Below the pieces are notes generated by a model. That model saw only the letters and a program-made list of their open reading frames with translations. It was not told where the DNA came from and did not search any database. From contig OZ024743.1 in assembly GCA_964016885.1 (NCBI GenBank), positions 34,782,001 to 34,846,000 on the forward strand: a DNA stretch of 64,000 nucleotides, given 5' to 3'. The DNA is from Eledone cirrhosa (Eukaryota). Shown piece by piece: positions 27,601 to 41,814 of the stretch. Position numbers and translations under genes: made by a program. How positions within the stretch are numbered: the first letter of the stretch is position 1; every line of letters begins with the position of its first letter.

Positions 27601-29600
27601 TAGTGAGGGAAGAGTCCTCAAACACTCTTTCCAGCGGATCCTGTCAGAAACAACTGACCCGGCTGGATCCCCAAGCGACACCAATTAAGCCCATGGTTGT
27701 TATCTAACCATCTTGTTCGGGGTCTACCCCTGGGTCTCCTGCCGTTTGGTTTTGTCTGTGAGATCTATCAAGCGATTCTTTCCTGAGACATTCTAACCAC
27801 ATGCCCATATTATCGGAGCTGTGATCTCTAAATTCGGAGAAGTAGCGACTCTACCTGGAGTAACTCTCTGATCTCCGATCTCTGAGCTACGCACTCTATC
27901 GTGTGACATTGCTCCAAAGACCCTTCGGATGAACCCCTTTCGGCCGCTTGTATTCGCCATCGTATTTTTTTGGTCAATACCCAAGATTCATGAGCATAGG
28001 TAAGGGTTGGCACGAATAACGAATTGAAGATAGTGAGTTTGGCTTGTACGGCTACTTCTCTTCTGATTACTGAATGCTGAAGCTGGCATATTACTGCACC
28101 AGTTCCTGAAATTCTTGCACTAAATTCAGCCTCCTCCCTTCCATCAATCGTGAACACGGCACCGAGATACTTGAACTTCTCCGCCTGCTTCAGTGGCACT
28201 GCAATCACATGTATGGTGCACTGTGCATGCTTCCTTGAGAAGACAAGTGTCTCCGTTTTCTTGCCTCAAACTTACCGAGTGCAAGTCGACATCAAACTTA
28301 CCGGGTGCAAGTCGTCTGCAAATTCCATCCGATTGATTTTACTCCCACCAGTCATGATACCACTTCCAACCCGGCTGCGCACATCAATCTTCTTCATGTA
28401 AATAAGGAACAGGAGAGGGGACAGTACACACCCTTGGCAGAGTCCGACTCCCACACTGAATGGTTTCGATTTAGCACCATTTATCCAAACACAAATACTC
28501 GGGCATTCGTATAGAGACATAAGAGCAGCAAGAAGTTGAACATCAATCCTATACTCTTACAGAACCTTCCACAGCAGGTCTTGAGGAACGCGTCATATAC
28601 CTTTACAAGGTCGAGAAAACAAGAATATTCCTCTTGGCTATTCTCCCACGATTTCTCGAAGACCGGGTGCAGTGTGAATATTTGGTCGGCTGTACTGCGT
28701 TCGGGGCGAAAACCACACTGTTCATCAACTAGCTTGGGCTTGACAATCTCCCTGCATCTCTTTGCCAGATACTTAGCAAAGACTTTACTGGAGAGGCTTG
28801 ACAAGGAGATCCCTCTGTAATTGGAATAATTTCTCTTGTCAATTTTTTAGAAATCGGGATTATCACTCCGATTACCATTGCTTAAGTGCCTTTCCAAAGA
28901 TCCAGGCCACCTGGTACAAACGAATAAGCAAGAGAATACCTTCTCTATTTAAGGATTTTAACATCTCGGGTCGGATTTCCTCTTCCCCAGTAGGCTTGTC
29001 ACATTTGAGCTCTTTAACTGCTCTTGTGGTCTCAGACTTTGAGAGATTAGTCACTGTTCCCAGATGTACCTCATTTACATCCGAAGATGCTGTTGTGATC
29101 GAGTTTAGAAGATCAGCAAAGTATTCTCTCCACCTCGCGAATATGCACCTCTCAGAAGAGAAGAGAACCGCATTTTTGATAGCAGATATGGAAGAGGGCT
29201 TCTTATTACGAAGTCGGGGATGGTCTGCTAGAACACTTTATTTGCTGATCTGAAATCGGATTCTAGCTTAACTCCAAAGTCCTCACATGTCTTTACTTTG
29301 GACGCTTTTAATGCATCTGCTGCGATTCTTCATGCCTGCCTGTACCGCAAGTACAAGAAGGGGGACATATTTCCAAGCCAAGCTTTGTAAACCTCCTTCT
29401 TTTCTCGATGGCATCTTTGACCTCTTGATTGAACCAAGGTTTCCTCCTGCCATCCGGTGCCACATCAAGCCTCTTAAAGCCTTTTTCGTCCGCATGATTT
29501 AACAACTGAAGCAGAATCTGCTGCACTGAACAATTTCCACTCTGTCTCAACGTCCCCGGGGAGTTCTCTGGGTATTTATTCTTGTCTAACTTCCAGAACA
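27599..29600 (-). mobile_element. Decayed RTE-clade LINE (RT region)
   Basis: Fragmented frames: DEQCGFRPERSTADQIFTL, VGLCQGCVLSPLLFLIYM, EFADDL, FKYLG, PTLTYAHESW. Confidence 0.9.
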
Positions 29601-29679
29601 CAATAAACCAGAAACAGAAATCTCAGTTATAAGTATGAACAATATTACACATTATGGGTTTCTCCAGCTGCAAAATGCC

Positions 29680-29970
29680 TGACAGTATTGGTCTAACTAG
29701 CTGTAATTGATCTAACTGACACTAAGAGTTTAAGTAGCCTATACTGCCAGTTAGACGAATACTGTTAGACCAATACGATAGTATTGATCTAACTGGCAGT
29801 ATTGAACTAACAGTATTGAACTAACAGTATTCGTCTAACTGGCAGTATTGATCTAACAATATTGATAAAATATTGATCAAACTGTATTGGTATGTGGTAA
29901 TGTTGGTCTAAGTGGCAGTATTGGTCTAAGTAGCAGTATTGGTCTAAGTGCCAGTATTGGTCTAACTGGC
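29680..29970. repeat. Degenerate ~14-18-bp tandem repeat (GGCAGTATTGGTCTAAST)
   Basis: Repeated CAGTATTG.TCTAA units. Confidence 0.7.
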
Positions 29971-30442
29971 AGGTTTGGGCTCATTCTTGTGGATGGCTGA
30001 TGCCCCCACCCCCGATAGTAGGGAGCTGGTTCGGTGAGCCAAGATACCAAAAGCTTCTACTGAGATAGGTTCAATTATAAGCCTATTGGAAAGCAGACGA
30101 TTCTCAACCACTTGCGAGCTTCAGCTTGAGCAAAAAAACCTGGGTCTGTTGTTGAATTCACCAGGTTACTACTGGAAAAAGTATCGCTGCATGTCGCATC
30201 CCAGATGAAGGGCCTACTACTTCAGAACGGGAAGATTTTGGTACCATCTGTTTTCTTTGCAATTCTACAGAGCTCCCCTACAAAAATTGAGTGATGTGTT
30301 GTGGGCGACGTGTTGGTGCTGGTGGTTGGAAATACAGGTAGTAATTATTAATCAGTGCTATGATAGTGGTTTTGGTGGCAGTAAAAATGACTGTGATGAT
30401 TAATGTAGTTGTGGGATGAGACTGGCGATATGTTGTTAGTTG

Positions 30443-30700
30443 TGAAGGTGCATGGCTTAGTGGTTAGAGCATTGGGCTTGCAATCGAAAGGTTGTGAGTT
30501 CAATTCTCGGACCGGGTGATGTGTTGTTTCCTTGAGCAAGACACTTTATTTCACGTTGCTCCAGTTTACTCAGTTGTAGAAGTGAGATGATAGGACTGGG
30601 GGTCCCTATCATTAAATCACCCAAGACACCTCCAACGAGATATACCTTGGAGGAGGCCAGTTACACCTGCATAGGTGTGAGCTGTCACACACTCACACAC
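30443..30700 (+). mobile_element. tRNA-derived SINE family B
   Basis: A-box TGGCTTAGTGG, B-box GAGTTCAATTC, core TCCTTGAGCAAGACACTTTATTTCAC; near-identical to 44353-44609. Confidence 0.9.
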
Positions 30701-31219
30701 GCGGTGATTGTAATGATAATGGTGGTTGTGTGGATGATGATGGAGCTGGTTGTTGTCGTGATGGTTGCTGTGTCTGTTTGTGTGTTCATAAAGGTGGTGT
30801 TGGGGGTGATAATAGTGATAGTAGAGATGGAAAAGTGGAAGAAGGGGAAGAGTGGATAAAAAATTAAACATTTTGTGTAGAAAGAAAGAAAAGGCACTAA
30901 AAAGTGTGTCTTTTTTAATCCTTTCAATACCAAACTACCCGAGACGGCCCCTGTTTCTATGATACAAAACTGTCTGCTTTAAACTTTATACGTGTACTAA
31001 AACCTTCCAACATTATGTAAGAACCTTTGAAGTTATGCTCCAAACATCAGCTTAATGATGGAGGATTTAGCTATTTCACTAAACCTCTTCCAAGTTCTTG
31101 ATTTTTAAAATGAAAAGTAACTTCCAGCAGTGTATTTTACGAGAAAGGTGGTCACACAAGGGTTAAAAACGAATACAAAAAATAAAGAACAGTTTAATGG
31201 TATGGTCAAGAATAGCAAA

Positions 31220-31480
31220 ATGGTGGTGGTGCTGGTGGTGCTGGTGCTGCTGGGAATGGGTGGTGTTGGTGATGGTGGTGGTGGTGGTGGTGGTGGTGGT
31301 AGTGCTGCTGCTGTTGGTGGTGGTGGTAGTGGTGTTGGGCTGGGTTTTGCTGGTGGTGGTAGTAGTACTGCTGTTGCTGGTGGTGGTGGTTTTGGCGGCG
31401 GCGAGAATAATTAGTGGTGAGGGGTAGTGTTTGTGGGGCGGCGGTAACGGTGAGAAGAGAGGATGATGATGATGATGGTA
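31220..31480. repeat. (GGT/GCT/GAT)n low-complexity tract
   Basis: Direct inspection. Confidence 0.85.
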
Positions 31481-32000
31481 ATTATATAAAGAGGAAAGTG
31501 TAAGTAAACGAAGTGGTGATGTGTTAGGAGTTTCATTGTTGATCCTGTGTAATTTGTATAACATGTCAACAGGAAACTGCCACACAAACTCTCCTGTATC
31601 AATAGACACAACTAATTTTTTTTCTTCATTTATTTTATTCTAATTCCTATTCTCACATTGGCAATGGGAAGTTGTTACGTTCAAAAATTCGAACATTTTC
31701 AGGCTATTTATTCGTGACGTAAAGGCGGTGAAGTGGCAGTAGTTATGCTTCGGTATTTGTTCCGGCTCACTGCCCTCCTCGTTCAAATTTTGCCAAAATT
31801 AACTTTGCTTTTCATCATTTCGAGGTCGATAAATGAAGTACCAATATAGTACTGTACAGACAGCTTACACTGGTTACAAACAGAAATAATTTCTAAGATA
31901 GACATATCGGAGAAATAGAGCAGACGATAACAACCTTTTATTGACTGATTCATGTTGTTACTATTGGTCACAACATACATACATACATACATACATACAT

Positions 32001-32031
<31 letters not shown>

Positions 32032-33730
32032 TACATACATACATACATACATACATACATACATACATACATACATACATACATACATGCATACATAAAC
32101 ACATGCATACAGACAGACAGACATGCATATATACATACATACATACACACATACGCACATACATACATACATACATACATACATACATACATACATACAT
32201 ACATACATACATACATACATACATACATACATACATGATGGCTGCCCCCTCGTTATCGAGTATGGCCATTGCTCGATATACCATTATTAATAATTATTAA
32301 TTAATTCTATCGTGCAATGTCTGTGCGTGGAAATATTTTTTAAAGTGAAGAAAGACTGTGCACTGAGCCAATCCCAATCTCTGAGCGACAGTAGCTATAA
32401 CCCGAAAAGAAGAAAAGATCAACATCATCGGTAACTACTGAGCCGCAGGTTTTATGTCGGAGTTATCCCAGTTTCCTGAGTTGCCTTCTCCTGAAAAAAG
32501 GCTTGGGGTCCTTCACTCCCAGTGGTTTAACCGCGCGTACATGTGTATATACATATTTACACACTTTCGGATGGCCGTTGACTCTTATGAGTTCTTCTGT
32601 CTTTTGTCAGGTTTTGTTTTTTGTCCTGCAGGGTGTCCAAAATCTTCCTCTTCACCAAGTAAACTTAGTGGGGTTGGCGGTTTAGTCGCCGACGACCCGA
32701 CCATGCGACAGGTTGTACTGGGCTACATGTTACCAGTAGCACTCAAGAGTGATCCGACATACATACATACATACATACATACATACATACATACATACAT
32801 AGATACATAGATACATACACACATGCATACATAGATACATACATACATGCATGCATGCATACATACATGCATACATACACACATGCATACATATATTCAT
32901 GCATACATACACACATGCATACATAGATTCATGCATACATACATACATACATACATACATACATACATACATACATACATACATACATACATACATACAC
33001 AACACTCAAAGAAGAGGCCAAAGATTTGATAGGATAGGAAATGACACTTTACTTTATCGATCTCCTCAGCAAAAACTATTCTGCTCTATTAGCAAGATTA
33101 AGAGTGATCAATTTATGTAGAAATAGAATAAATATAGTGAAGGCACGTGGCTTTAAGTTACTGGCCTCACGATCCTACGGTCGGGAGTTTGATTTCCGGA
33201 CCAGACGGTGCGTTTTGTCCTTGAGAATGGTACTATGTTTCACGTAGTTCCAGTCAACATTGGTACTGAGCTGCATGAGCCTTTCCTTAGACAACATCAG
33301 TGTCGTCGACCTGCATGTATGGATTTCTACCCAGGTGTGTACCTCGGAAAGACAAACCAATGATTAGTCAGTCGTGGGTGCTTAACCCGAGGTCAGTCAT
33401 GACTATAGGGGTCCCTTACCTTCTAGAGGGAAAATACAATTGGGTAGGATCTTATTTACGTGATATAGTCAATTCAGACCGAGATATGTGCGTTTTTTCA
33501 CCGGCTTTAAAGACTATATCTATTTGAATCTGCATTGTATAGACATTTCAAATACTTCCACTACTCTCAAGAAAGCCTGCGCAGGTCATTCTACATATGA
33601 ATGGAGTTCCGCTGAAGCATGTGGAGAGGTTTAAGTATCTAAGGGGCTGAATTCACGAGTGATGGAAGGCAGGGGTCTGAATTTAATGCCAAAGGGAAAA
33701 AGTGTCTAATCTAGTACAATAGAGCTTATT

Positions 33731-33894
33731 TAGTTTCCATTAGTGTCCATACACTTAACATGTAAGCGCTACCTTAGGTTTCAAGGTTCAATGATGTTTT
33801 TCAACCGCTACTCCACAATACAGTGGTGACCATATCTGGACCCTGAAACCTAACGTAGAGTATACGTATTAAGTGTATGAACATTAATAAAAAC

Positions 33895-33896
<2 letters not shown>
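33731..33896. repeat. Imperfect inverted repeat, ~60-bp arms
   Basis: CATACACTTAA...TTAGGTTTCAAGG pairs with CCCTGAAACCTAA...TTAAGTGTATG. Confidence 0.7.
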
Positions 33897-33946
<50 letters not shown>

Positions 33947-34060
33947 TGTATGTATGTATGTATGTATGTATATATATATATACACACACACACATAATAT
34001 ATATAGAAAGGCTTCTACGGGACTAGAACTGTTTTATTCCGGAGAAATGAGGATTTCTCC

Positions 34061-34109
34061 GGCTTCCTGATGATTTCCGGAATGAAACAGTTCTAGTCCT
34101 GTAGAAGCC
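34061..34109 (+). ncRNA. Type I hammerhead ribozyme motif within a ~120-bp inverted repeat
   Basis: GGCTTC-CTGATGA-TTTCCGGAAT-GAAA-CAG-TTCTAGTC-CTG-TA-GAAGCC: stem I GGCTTC/GAAGCC, stem III ACAG/CTGT, GUA triplet, palindromic TTCCGGAA stem II. Confidence 0.65.
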
Positions 34110-34194
34110 TTTCTTTATATTAAATATGTATACTCTGCTTTGTATTGAGTAGCTTACTTACTGTGGTTACCCCCGATTGAACCCGGGATAAACT

Positions 34195-34297
<103 letters not shown>

Positions 34298-34791
34298 ACA
34301 TATGAGGTTTTGTCGCGTTTGTATTTACTAGGTAGAACGCTCCCATCTTCCTCTCCATATCTCACTCAAATTGCACTGTACCTCAATAAAAATGGAAGAA
34401 CACATTAGGAATGTATCCTCCCGGATCTTCAATGCCTGAGATAAAGAGATGGTCACCACGGCTGAAACGTTTTTGGTTATGAGTTGGGGGGGGGGCTTTT
34501 GTTGTTGTAGTTATAGCTGTTCGTCATCGGCATCATCGTCAGTCTGACATCCTTCGTTCACCTAATCAAACACGTGGTCAATGACGTAATAGCTGACCTC
34601 AGGTGTCAACAAGAACGACGAACTTGTGTTGTCTTTTGGCTTCAACCTTTACTCAGCAAATAACAAAGTCAAATGGCAAAAGCAAAGAAAGAAAGAAAGG
34701 CAGATGCAAACATGACTTCAACATCAATTTACAGAACAGAAAAAAATGTGTGTGAATGTGTATGTATGTGTGTGTATGTGTTTGTGTGCGC

Positions 34792-34835
<44 letters not shown>

Positions 34836-35402
34836 ATAGATAGATAGATAGATATGTGCGGTTATATCTGTGAGGGGAAGAAGTTCAATTCGCAACTATG
34901 TGGTTTCGGATTCAATCGCACTACGCGGTACTTAGGATAAATGTTTTCTACCTCACCAAATATAAGATTTATTAAACAGCAACTGTACTTGTCTGGGATT
35001 CTTAAAACCTAAAATACATATACTCACATGAATTTACTACATTTTGGATAAATGGGGAGGGGGGGAGAAAATATCCTTTTTTTTTCTTTAAAATATTGTA
35101 CTGATTTACATAATACTCAAAAGAATAATTTTTCTAATCAGAAACGTTTTCCAATGTCTATTGCCGCTTTGATTATTTGTCTTTCATCTTTAATAGCATC
35201 ATCATTATCGTCATTATCATCATCGTCACAACAATCATTTTCATCACCATCGTTGTCATCATCATCATGTTTAAGAACAGTTATTCCAAACTCGCTGCCT
35301 GGCTGGCTGAGGGCTGTGAGCGCTTGAAGACATTCCTGTTTCCAATGATAATATACAGTTACTATATATTTGATGAAACTAACACTATTACTTTTCTTTC
35401 AG

Positions 35403-37392
35403 CCTAGAATTTGATTGGTCAATAACCTGCTCCGACTGCTTTCATAACCACACTCAGAAGACAGACACCAGGCAAAGTGGTTCAGTTGACCCCATTGATA
35501 AACAATCCAATACACAACGTGATAAACAACAATATTCTCACTTGAAAGAATTGTTCACCTTCACAGACAAATCAGAAGACACTCCACCTTTATTCCAACT
35601 GTCTGAGTCCAAGGTTCCTCTCACAACTCAAGTGAAAACCCAGCGGGAATATCTTAGAAAATCTAAACAAAGGCGTCTCAATAATGGCGAGAATATTACC
35701 CCGAGCGCTGTATCCCATTTTCTATTCCCACAATTTACCTCTACACTGAGGCAGTTCAGAGGCAACAAAACGTTTGTGAAGACAAACAATGAATTTAATA
35801 CAAGGAACCGTATGGGATACGAAACATCAATAAATTCATCAAAACGTGAGAGAATGGATAGCAGAACTTTACTATTAACGACAGATAACAGAAGTGGAAC
35901 TTTAAAATTGAAACGAAATCATTTTAAAGGACTTCGAAAAAATACATTAATTGGAAGAATTGGTTCTAAAAATCGTACAAGTGACAATATGAATACTACA
36001 ACTTCAAATATAGCCCTCAATAACACTTCTAAAAGTGTAAGGACAACCCCAATATCTATAAATCGTTCCAGTATCGATATACAATTCTTGAAAAAAACAA
36101 GTAATATTGGAAAACATGCCCAGCTTCGTTTACAAAAGAAGGTAAATGAAGAGAGGTTTGTAGAGACTGTAGTTGCTGCTGTGGAAGACATTTCTAGCGA
36201 TCAGGTGGAAAATGTAAAACCTTTAAGACCTCTAAGGCATTCAAAAGAACGAAATTTAGAAGAACGTTTAAGTCCAGTTAAATTGGAACCGATTGCAAAT
36301 TTAGTCAAAGTTACCCAGAAAACAAACGGAGTTTACATAAAATCAGACAGCGAAAATATCCAAAATTTTATCGAAGAAGATGATCTTAGACGTTCTTCAA
36401 TCCGTTCGAAAAATGAGAACAGTTTGACATTTCCAAGAGACAATTTAATTCTAGATGACACAAAGAATACCTCATGGAACATTGTGTCTACTCAAGGAAC
36501 GGACTCAAGATCAACAACTAGTCCCTCTGGGATGTTACCTAAAGATAAATCAAATCCAAATTTGAAATTTAAAAGTCTACAATCCAAAAGTAGGAAAGCC
36601 GGACAAGAACCAATATCGACTATTGTCAAAGAATCAAATTATTTCCAAAGTTCTTTAAATTATAATCTAAACAGAATTAAAACGATGGACAAATTTGCGA
36701 TGCAGGGTTCGCATTCACAGCGAAGACTTGAGTTAAAGAACTCCACAAAGAATTATCTTTCGGGGGATTTTCGAACAAAAGCAACAACAGCTGCTATTTA
36801 TACTACTACTAATATAACAAGAACTACAGAATCAGCTACATCAGATAAACAAACATTAGTAGTAATAGCAGCAGCAGCAGCAACATTACCAATACCAACA
36901 TCAGTAACCACAACAGCAGCAGCACCATTAACAACAACAACATTACCATTACCAACAGCAACAACAGCAACAACAGCAACAGCAACAACAGCAACAACAG
37001 TAACACCAATACCAACATCAGTAACCACAACAGCAGCAGCAGCATTAACAACAACATTACCAGTACCAACATTAGTAACAGCAACAACAACAACAGTAAC
37101 ACCAATACCAACATCAGTAACAAAGGAGGATTTAGAAACGCCAATAAAAACAACATTTGGGTATTTCGACGTTAGAATACCACCAATGAAGAAAGATGAA
37201 AGTCTAATGAAAGAGCAAGAGAAGCAACAGACTCTGTCAACTTTGTCAACTTTGTCAACTTTGTCAACTTTGTCAGCACATCCAAAGTTTACGTCAAAGC
37301 TCATGGGAGATAGTAAACCTTCGATTACTGACCGACTAATCACACTGAGTAACCAAACTGAGACCCAATCGGAAATACGACAGTCTTCCAAC

Positions 37393-37448
<56 letters not shown>

Positions 37449-40166
37449 CGGCAGTAACAACAACAATATGATGACCCATGTGATAAAGAATAACAAAATT
37501 CTTAATGGAATCCAGGAAGATGAAATCCTTCATACAAGTGCTAAGCTGGGGGAGAAATCTTCCCTAGAGAGGCAGACACACGAGGGAAGGACGTCACGTG
37601 GTACGTTAATTCCTACGGAAAGATTTTCTATTCCGCGTTACGTGAAGTCAACAATACGTCTTGGTAGTGAAATCATAACCAAAGATGAACCATTCACTAT
37701 TACAAATTTTCCTTTTCTAGAAAAAAAGTGGAGCCCTAAGAAATTCTGGGCGAAGAATTCAACAAAAGAGAAAACCATCAACAGTGTAGCAGCGAGGAAA
37801 CATAGGAGACCAGTTCTTATTTCAAAGACAGGACGACAAGTAAACTCTATCAATGATTCTGAACAACTACCTGATATAATCCACAAGGAGCATTCGCGAA
37901 CGTTGTCTTCGGAAAACCTACAAATTAAAGGTGGGGAAATTCAAACTACAACTGGCAGTGCTAGAATAAATAATATGAAAGATTTCGTGGCAAGTCTTGT
38001 CAAAGTAAAAGATTCTAGGAATCAAGATGAAAGTGGGGCCAAATCGCAAACTAATCAACGAGCTGGAAGAAGAGAAAGTCAGTTTATCGAAACTGAACAT
38101 CTCATTTTATCCATTACAAATACATCTGCTGAACAGCAAGAAACGCCATTGCTTGATATCAGTGAAGAAGGCAGTGGTGTGGGTGAACATCTCGATACTG
38201 TCTTAAATAAGGAACTGGGGAATGTAACAATTGAAAATACTGGTAAGGAAACAAAGCCGATAGTGTCTACAAGAGAGAAAATTGTAAAGGAAACTATTGA
38301 TGGTTTAACAGACATGTCGCACGTAAAACCTTCTGTGTTGTCTCACACTGGCGTTAATGGCTTAGTCTTGTCACAAGAATCGATTGGAGTTGGTTCTGTT
38401 ACACTCCCAAATATATCCATTCCACCCTTCCATATACAACAAAATATGACTGAAATAGTTAATATAGTAACTGAACAGCAGAGACAGTTGAACAAATCAA
38501 ATACTATCCACGATGTATCTTTTGATACAGTTGTAGCAGAGGCAATAGACTATGATAGTTCTGTTGAACAAACCAGATTCTATAACGATACACATGTTGA
38601 ATCAGTTACAACCAATACAGAAAAGCAGGACATTTCTGGAAATTTGAATGGAACTATTGGTCGTAATCAATCACACAAAAGCATAAAGAATGCCAAGAGA
38701 ATTTTTTCTGAACTAAAATCTTCAATTTCGCTTTCGAATTCATCTAAACGTTTTGAATACAACTTGATGAATACAACTCTTAAACCTGAAGATCTAAGAA
38801 ACGTTACCTCATTTTACAATTCCAGTAAATTAGATTTAGATGATTCAAAGACCCAACCAAATAATAAGTCGAGTGTAAACCCACCGTCTTCTCGCCAATA
38901 TCATTTAACGTTTGCAGTAACATTAAGTCCATTGAAAAATCAAACAGAAATGCAACAAAATTGGGGAGAAGACAATCAGCGGTCGCGAACTTCTAATAGT
39001 ACAAATAAGCTCTCCTCGTTCATAACTACTTCTCCCAAATCAACTACTACATCCGAGCTAGCCATTGAATCAGAAAATAACACTTCCATAAAGACTCTTC
39101 AACCGAAACATCAGATGATATCGGATAAAAACAACAAGAGTAATGTTCCTATATCCATGACAGTCTCAACCTCAAACTTCATTCCTTTCCCTGGATTCAA
39201 TACAACTACCCAAAGGACTAAAATCAACAACTCGGTATTAACCACGTTATTAATGCCTACAAATACTATAAAAGGGAAAGATGAAACCCACTCATCGCCA
39301 TCCGAGGAATTACAATCTAAACATCCGGCAACGAAAAAAGAGGTTTCCACTTCCAGTCAACCATATCCGTCCACTTCACATCTTTCTGAACCAACTGATT
39401 TAAAAACTTTAATATTCTCGAAAAATACAAAAACGGTTGAATATACCAGAACCAAAGAACGTTATGATCGAACATCTAGGACCTCAACTCCCAGAAGAGT
39501 AAGTTTTCATAATTCTAATACACATCCTGGACTTCCGTATGTCACTTCAGAGTCTGGAACAGTTCCGTCCAAAGTTAATGAAACCAGTTGGGCTCTGACG
39601 TCCCGAGTGAATAACAAGTTCTACGAAAGATTCCCCTTTACCCCTTCCAAATTTAGTCGTATTTCTTCCACAATCTCCCCAAAGTCATCTACATCCAGTC
39701 GTATTTTGAAAATAACGCTACCAAAGTGGATAGTAATCTCTCGAAACTTCGAAGATTTTCTCAGACATTCAAACAAAATTACACCGAAACAGAGATCAAA
39801 TTTGACCTCGACATCCGTAAAAGCCAGAACAACAGCTCCCAAATATAGATTTAACCCACGATGGTCAACAGTATTCCTAAAAGAACAAAAGTTGTACGAA
39901 CCAACGAAGACGACTGTTATAAATCCTGTCATAAGTAGCAGTGCACAGCAGAGACACAATCTTCGCGAGAAAGAAAATCGACAAAAGATGTTTAATAAAC
40001 TTCAGCCTATTGAATCTCCAATTCGACAAGTTCTCAATATACACAAAGAAACGGTACTCAGTCCGAAAGAAGTGTTTGTGAAATACTGGCCAGCAATCAC
40101 TGGCTCGACTTTTGGGGCTGTATTTCTTGTGGCAGCCATCTTAACTTCAATTGTCTGCAAAAGAAG
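35403..40166 (+). CDS. C2/MNNL-mucin gene, giant exon D (last C2 strand, vestigial DSL start, mucin-like stalk, TM helix)
   Basis: Acceptor CTTTTCTTTCAG, phase 2 in. (S)LEFDWSITCSDCFHNH... is in frame with the 1542-aa ORF 35542-40170. S/T/N-rich with many N-x-S/T sequons. Hydrophobic AITGSTFGAVFLVAAILTSIVC followed by KR. Donor AG|GTAATT, phase 2. Confidence 0.9.
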
Positions 40167-40876
40167 GTAATTATTCTCTCTGTTGTTTTTTCTTTATATT
40201 AATTTGAATAAACGGAATAGATGAATATTGTGCAAATAATACATGAATTTTATAGTTATTTCATGATTCATCATCGCCATTTGACGGGATTATTCTTTTT
40301 CTTGTTGCTATTTAGCCTCCTCCCATCTTTTTTTATAGATAGTACACACGGGTTACGTTATCCAATGGGCCCTTTTTTAAAATAGTAGCGTGAAATTTTG
40401 AAAGTGATTTCGCTATTCCTTCTAATAGGTCGACTATGGAGAACAGGAGTGGGGAAAGTTTTCAGTACTAATGGTGCAATAAGTCCTTATAGAGTCTCAT
40501 ATGTACTGAAGAAAATATATATCTTTAATTTTACAAATTCGTTGGTATACAACTTTGTATCAAATTATTGTTTTGGTCTTAAACTGTAAACCGTTATTTT
40601 TTGTGAGCATTTAAAGATTTATATCAGTAAATAAAGAGTTTTCTATATTTGAATTAGAGCAGAGATCCCAAAACTTTTAGACGATCGACCCTTTCATGGA
40701 ATCCTTCAACAACATCGGCACCCAGCCATGTACAAAAATATATAAATAAATCAGTAAAAACAATACAAAATCGGCTCAACAATAATGGAGCAGTTAATCA
40801 ATATATAAAGTTGTCTTTAATACTTAAAGAAAGGATAAGATATATTAATAAATTATCTACTCAAAATATATATATA

Positions 40877-40941
<65 letters not shown>

Positions 40942-41498
40942 ACTCTCTGAGCATCGAAAACACTACCCGAAAAGGAGAACTGGTCAACATCGTCGGATGC
41001 TTCCGAGCTTCCGAAGCCGCAGGTTGTTTTATTTTTTCAGAGTTTCCCTCCCTTAGAAAGGTGTTGTGACAACAACTGGGGGCCTTTCATTCCCAGGTGA
41101 AAAAAATAACTACTATTTGGATGGCCGTTGACTCTGCTGAGTTCCTCCGCCCTTCGTCGGGCCTTGTATTTCATCCCGCAGGGTGTCCAAATATCACCCT
41201 CCTCACCAAGAAAACTTGGTGGGGTTGCCGGTCTAGTCACCGACGACCCGACCATGGGACAGGTTATACTGGATTACAAGTTACCAGTAGCACTTGAGAG
41301 GGATCTGACATAAATTAAAATGACCAGCCTTGTCACACACAATGTCTCGCTGAATCTGTCTGAGAACTATATTTAGGGTATATGTATCTGTGGAATGCTC
41401 AGCCACTTGCACGTTAATGTCACGAGTAGACTGTTACATTGATAGAATTACTAGAAAACACGTTGTCGTAAGCAACGGGGGTTGAACAACTCCCTTAA

Positions 41499-41691
41499 CC
41501 CTTCAGCATTTAAACTGGACATGACCGGCCAGAATTCCCACACCTATTTCTGTTCAAACCGGCCATAACTGGTCGCTCATACCAACATTACGGTATTGTT
41601 CTCAAAATTTCATTGAATCGATATTATGTGAGGTAAAGCCTTTACCATAAAAATACAATAGTAAATATAGAGTAATATAAATGCTAAAGGG
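41499..41691. mobile_element. piggyBac-type MITE (same family)
   Basis: TTAA|CCCTTCAGCATTTA ... TAAATGCTAAAGGG|TTAA. Confidence 0.85.
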
Positions 41692-41814
41692 TTAAGTGCC
41701 TTTAATTAATATAATTATATTTTAACAGAAATTTCTTTTCTTTTTATCATTGCTTTTCGGTGTTTTATTTTTATTTTCTTATTTTCTTTTATTTTTTTCT
41801 TGCTGCCCATACAG

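Noticed and set aside
30446-30515. tRNA gene
   Set aside because: The A/B boxes are followed by SINE core and tail and occur in multiple diverged copies.
31130-31611. Gly-rich, Thr-rich and His-rich ORFs
   Set aside because: Trinucleotide low-complexity intronic tract.
35542-40170. Stand-alone 1542-aa single-exon gene starting at TTG
   Set aside because: The frame extends upstream to the acceptor at 35402, and the apparent stop lies within a splice donor.
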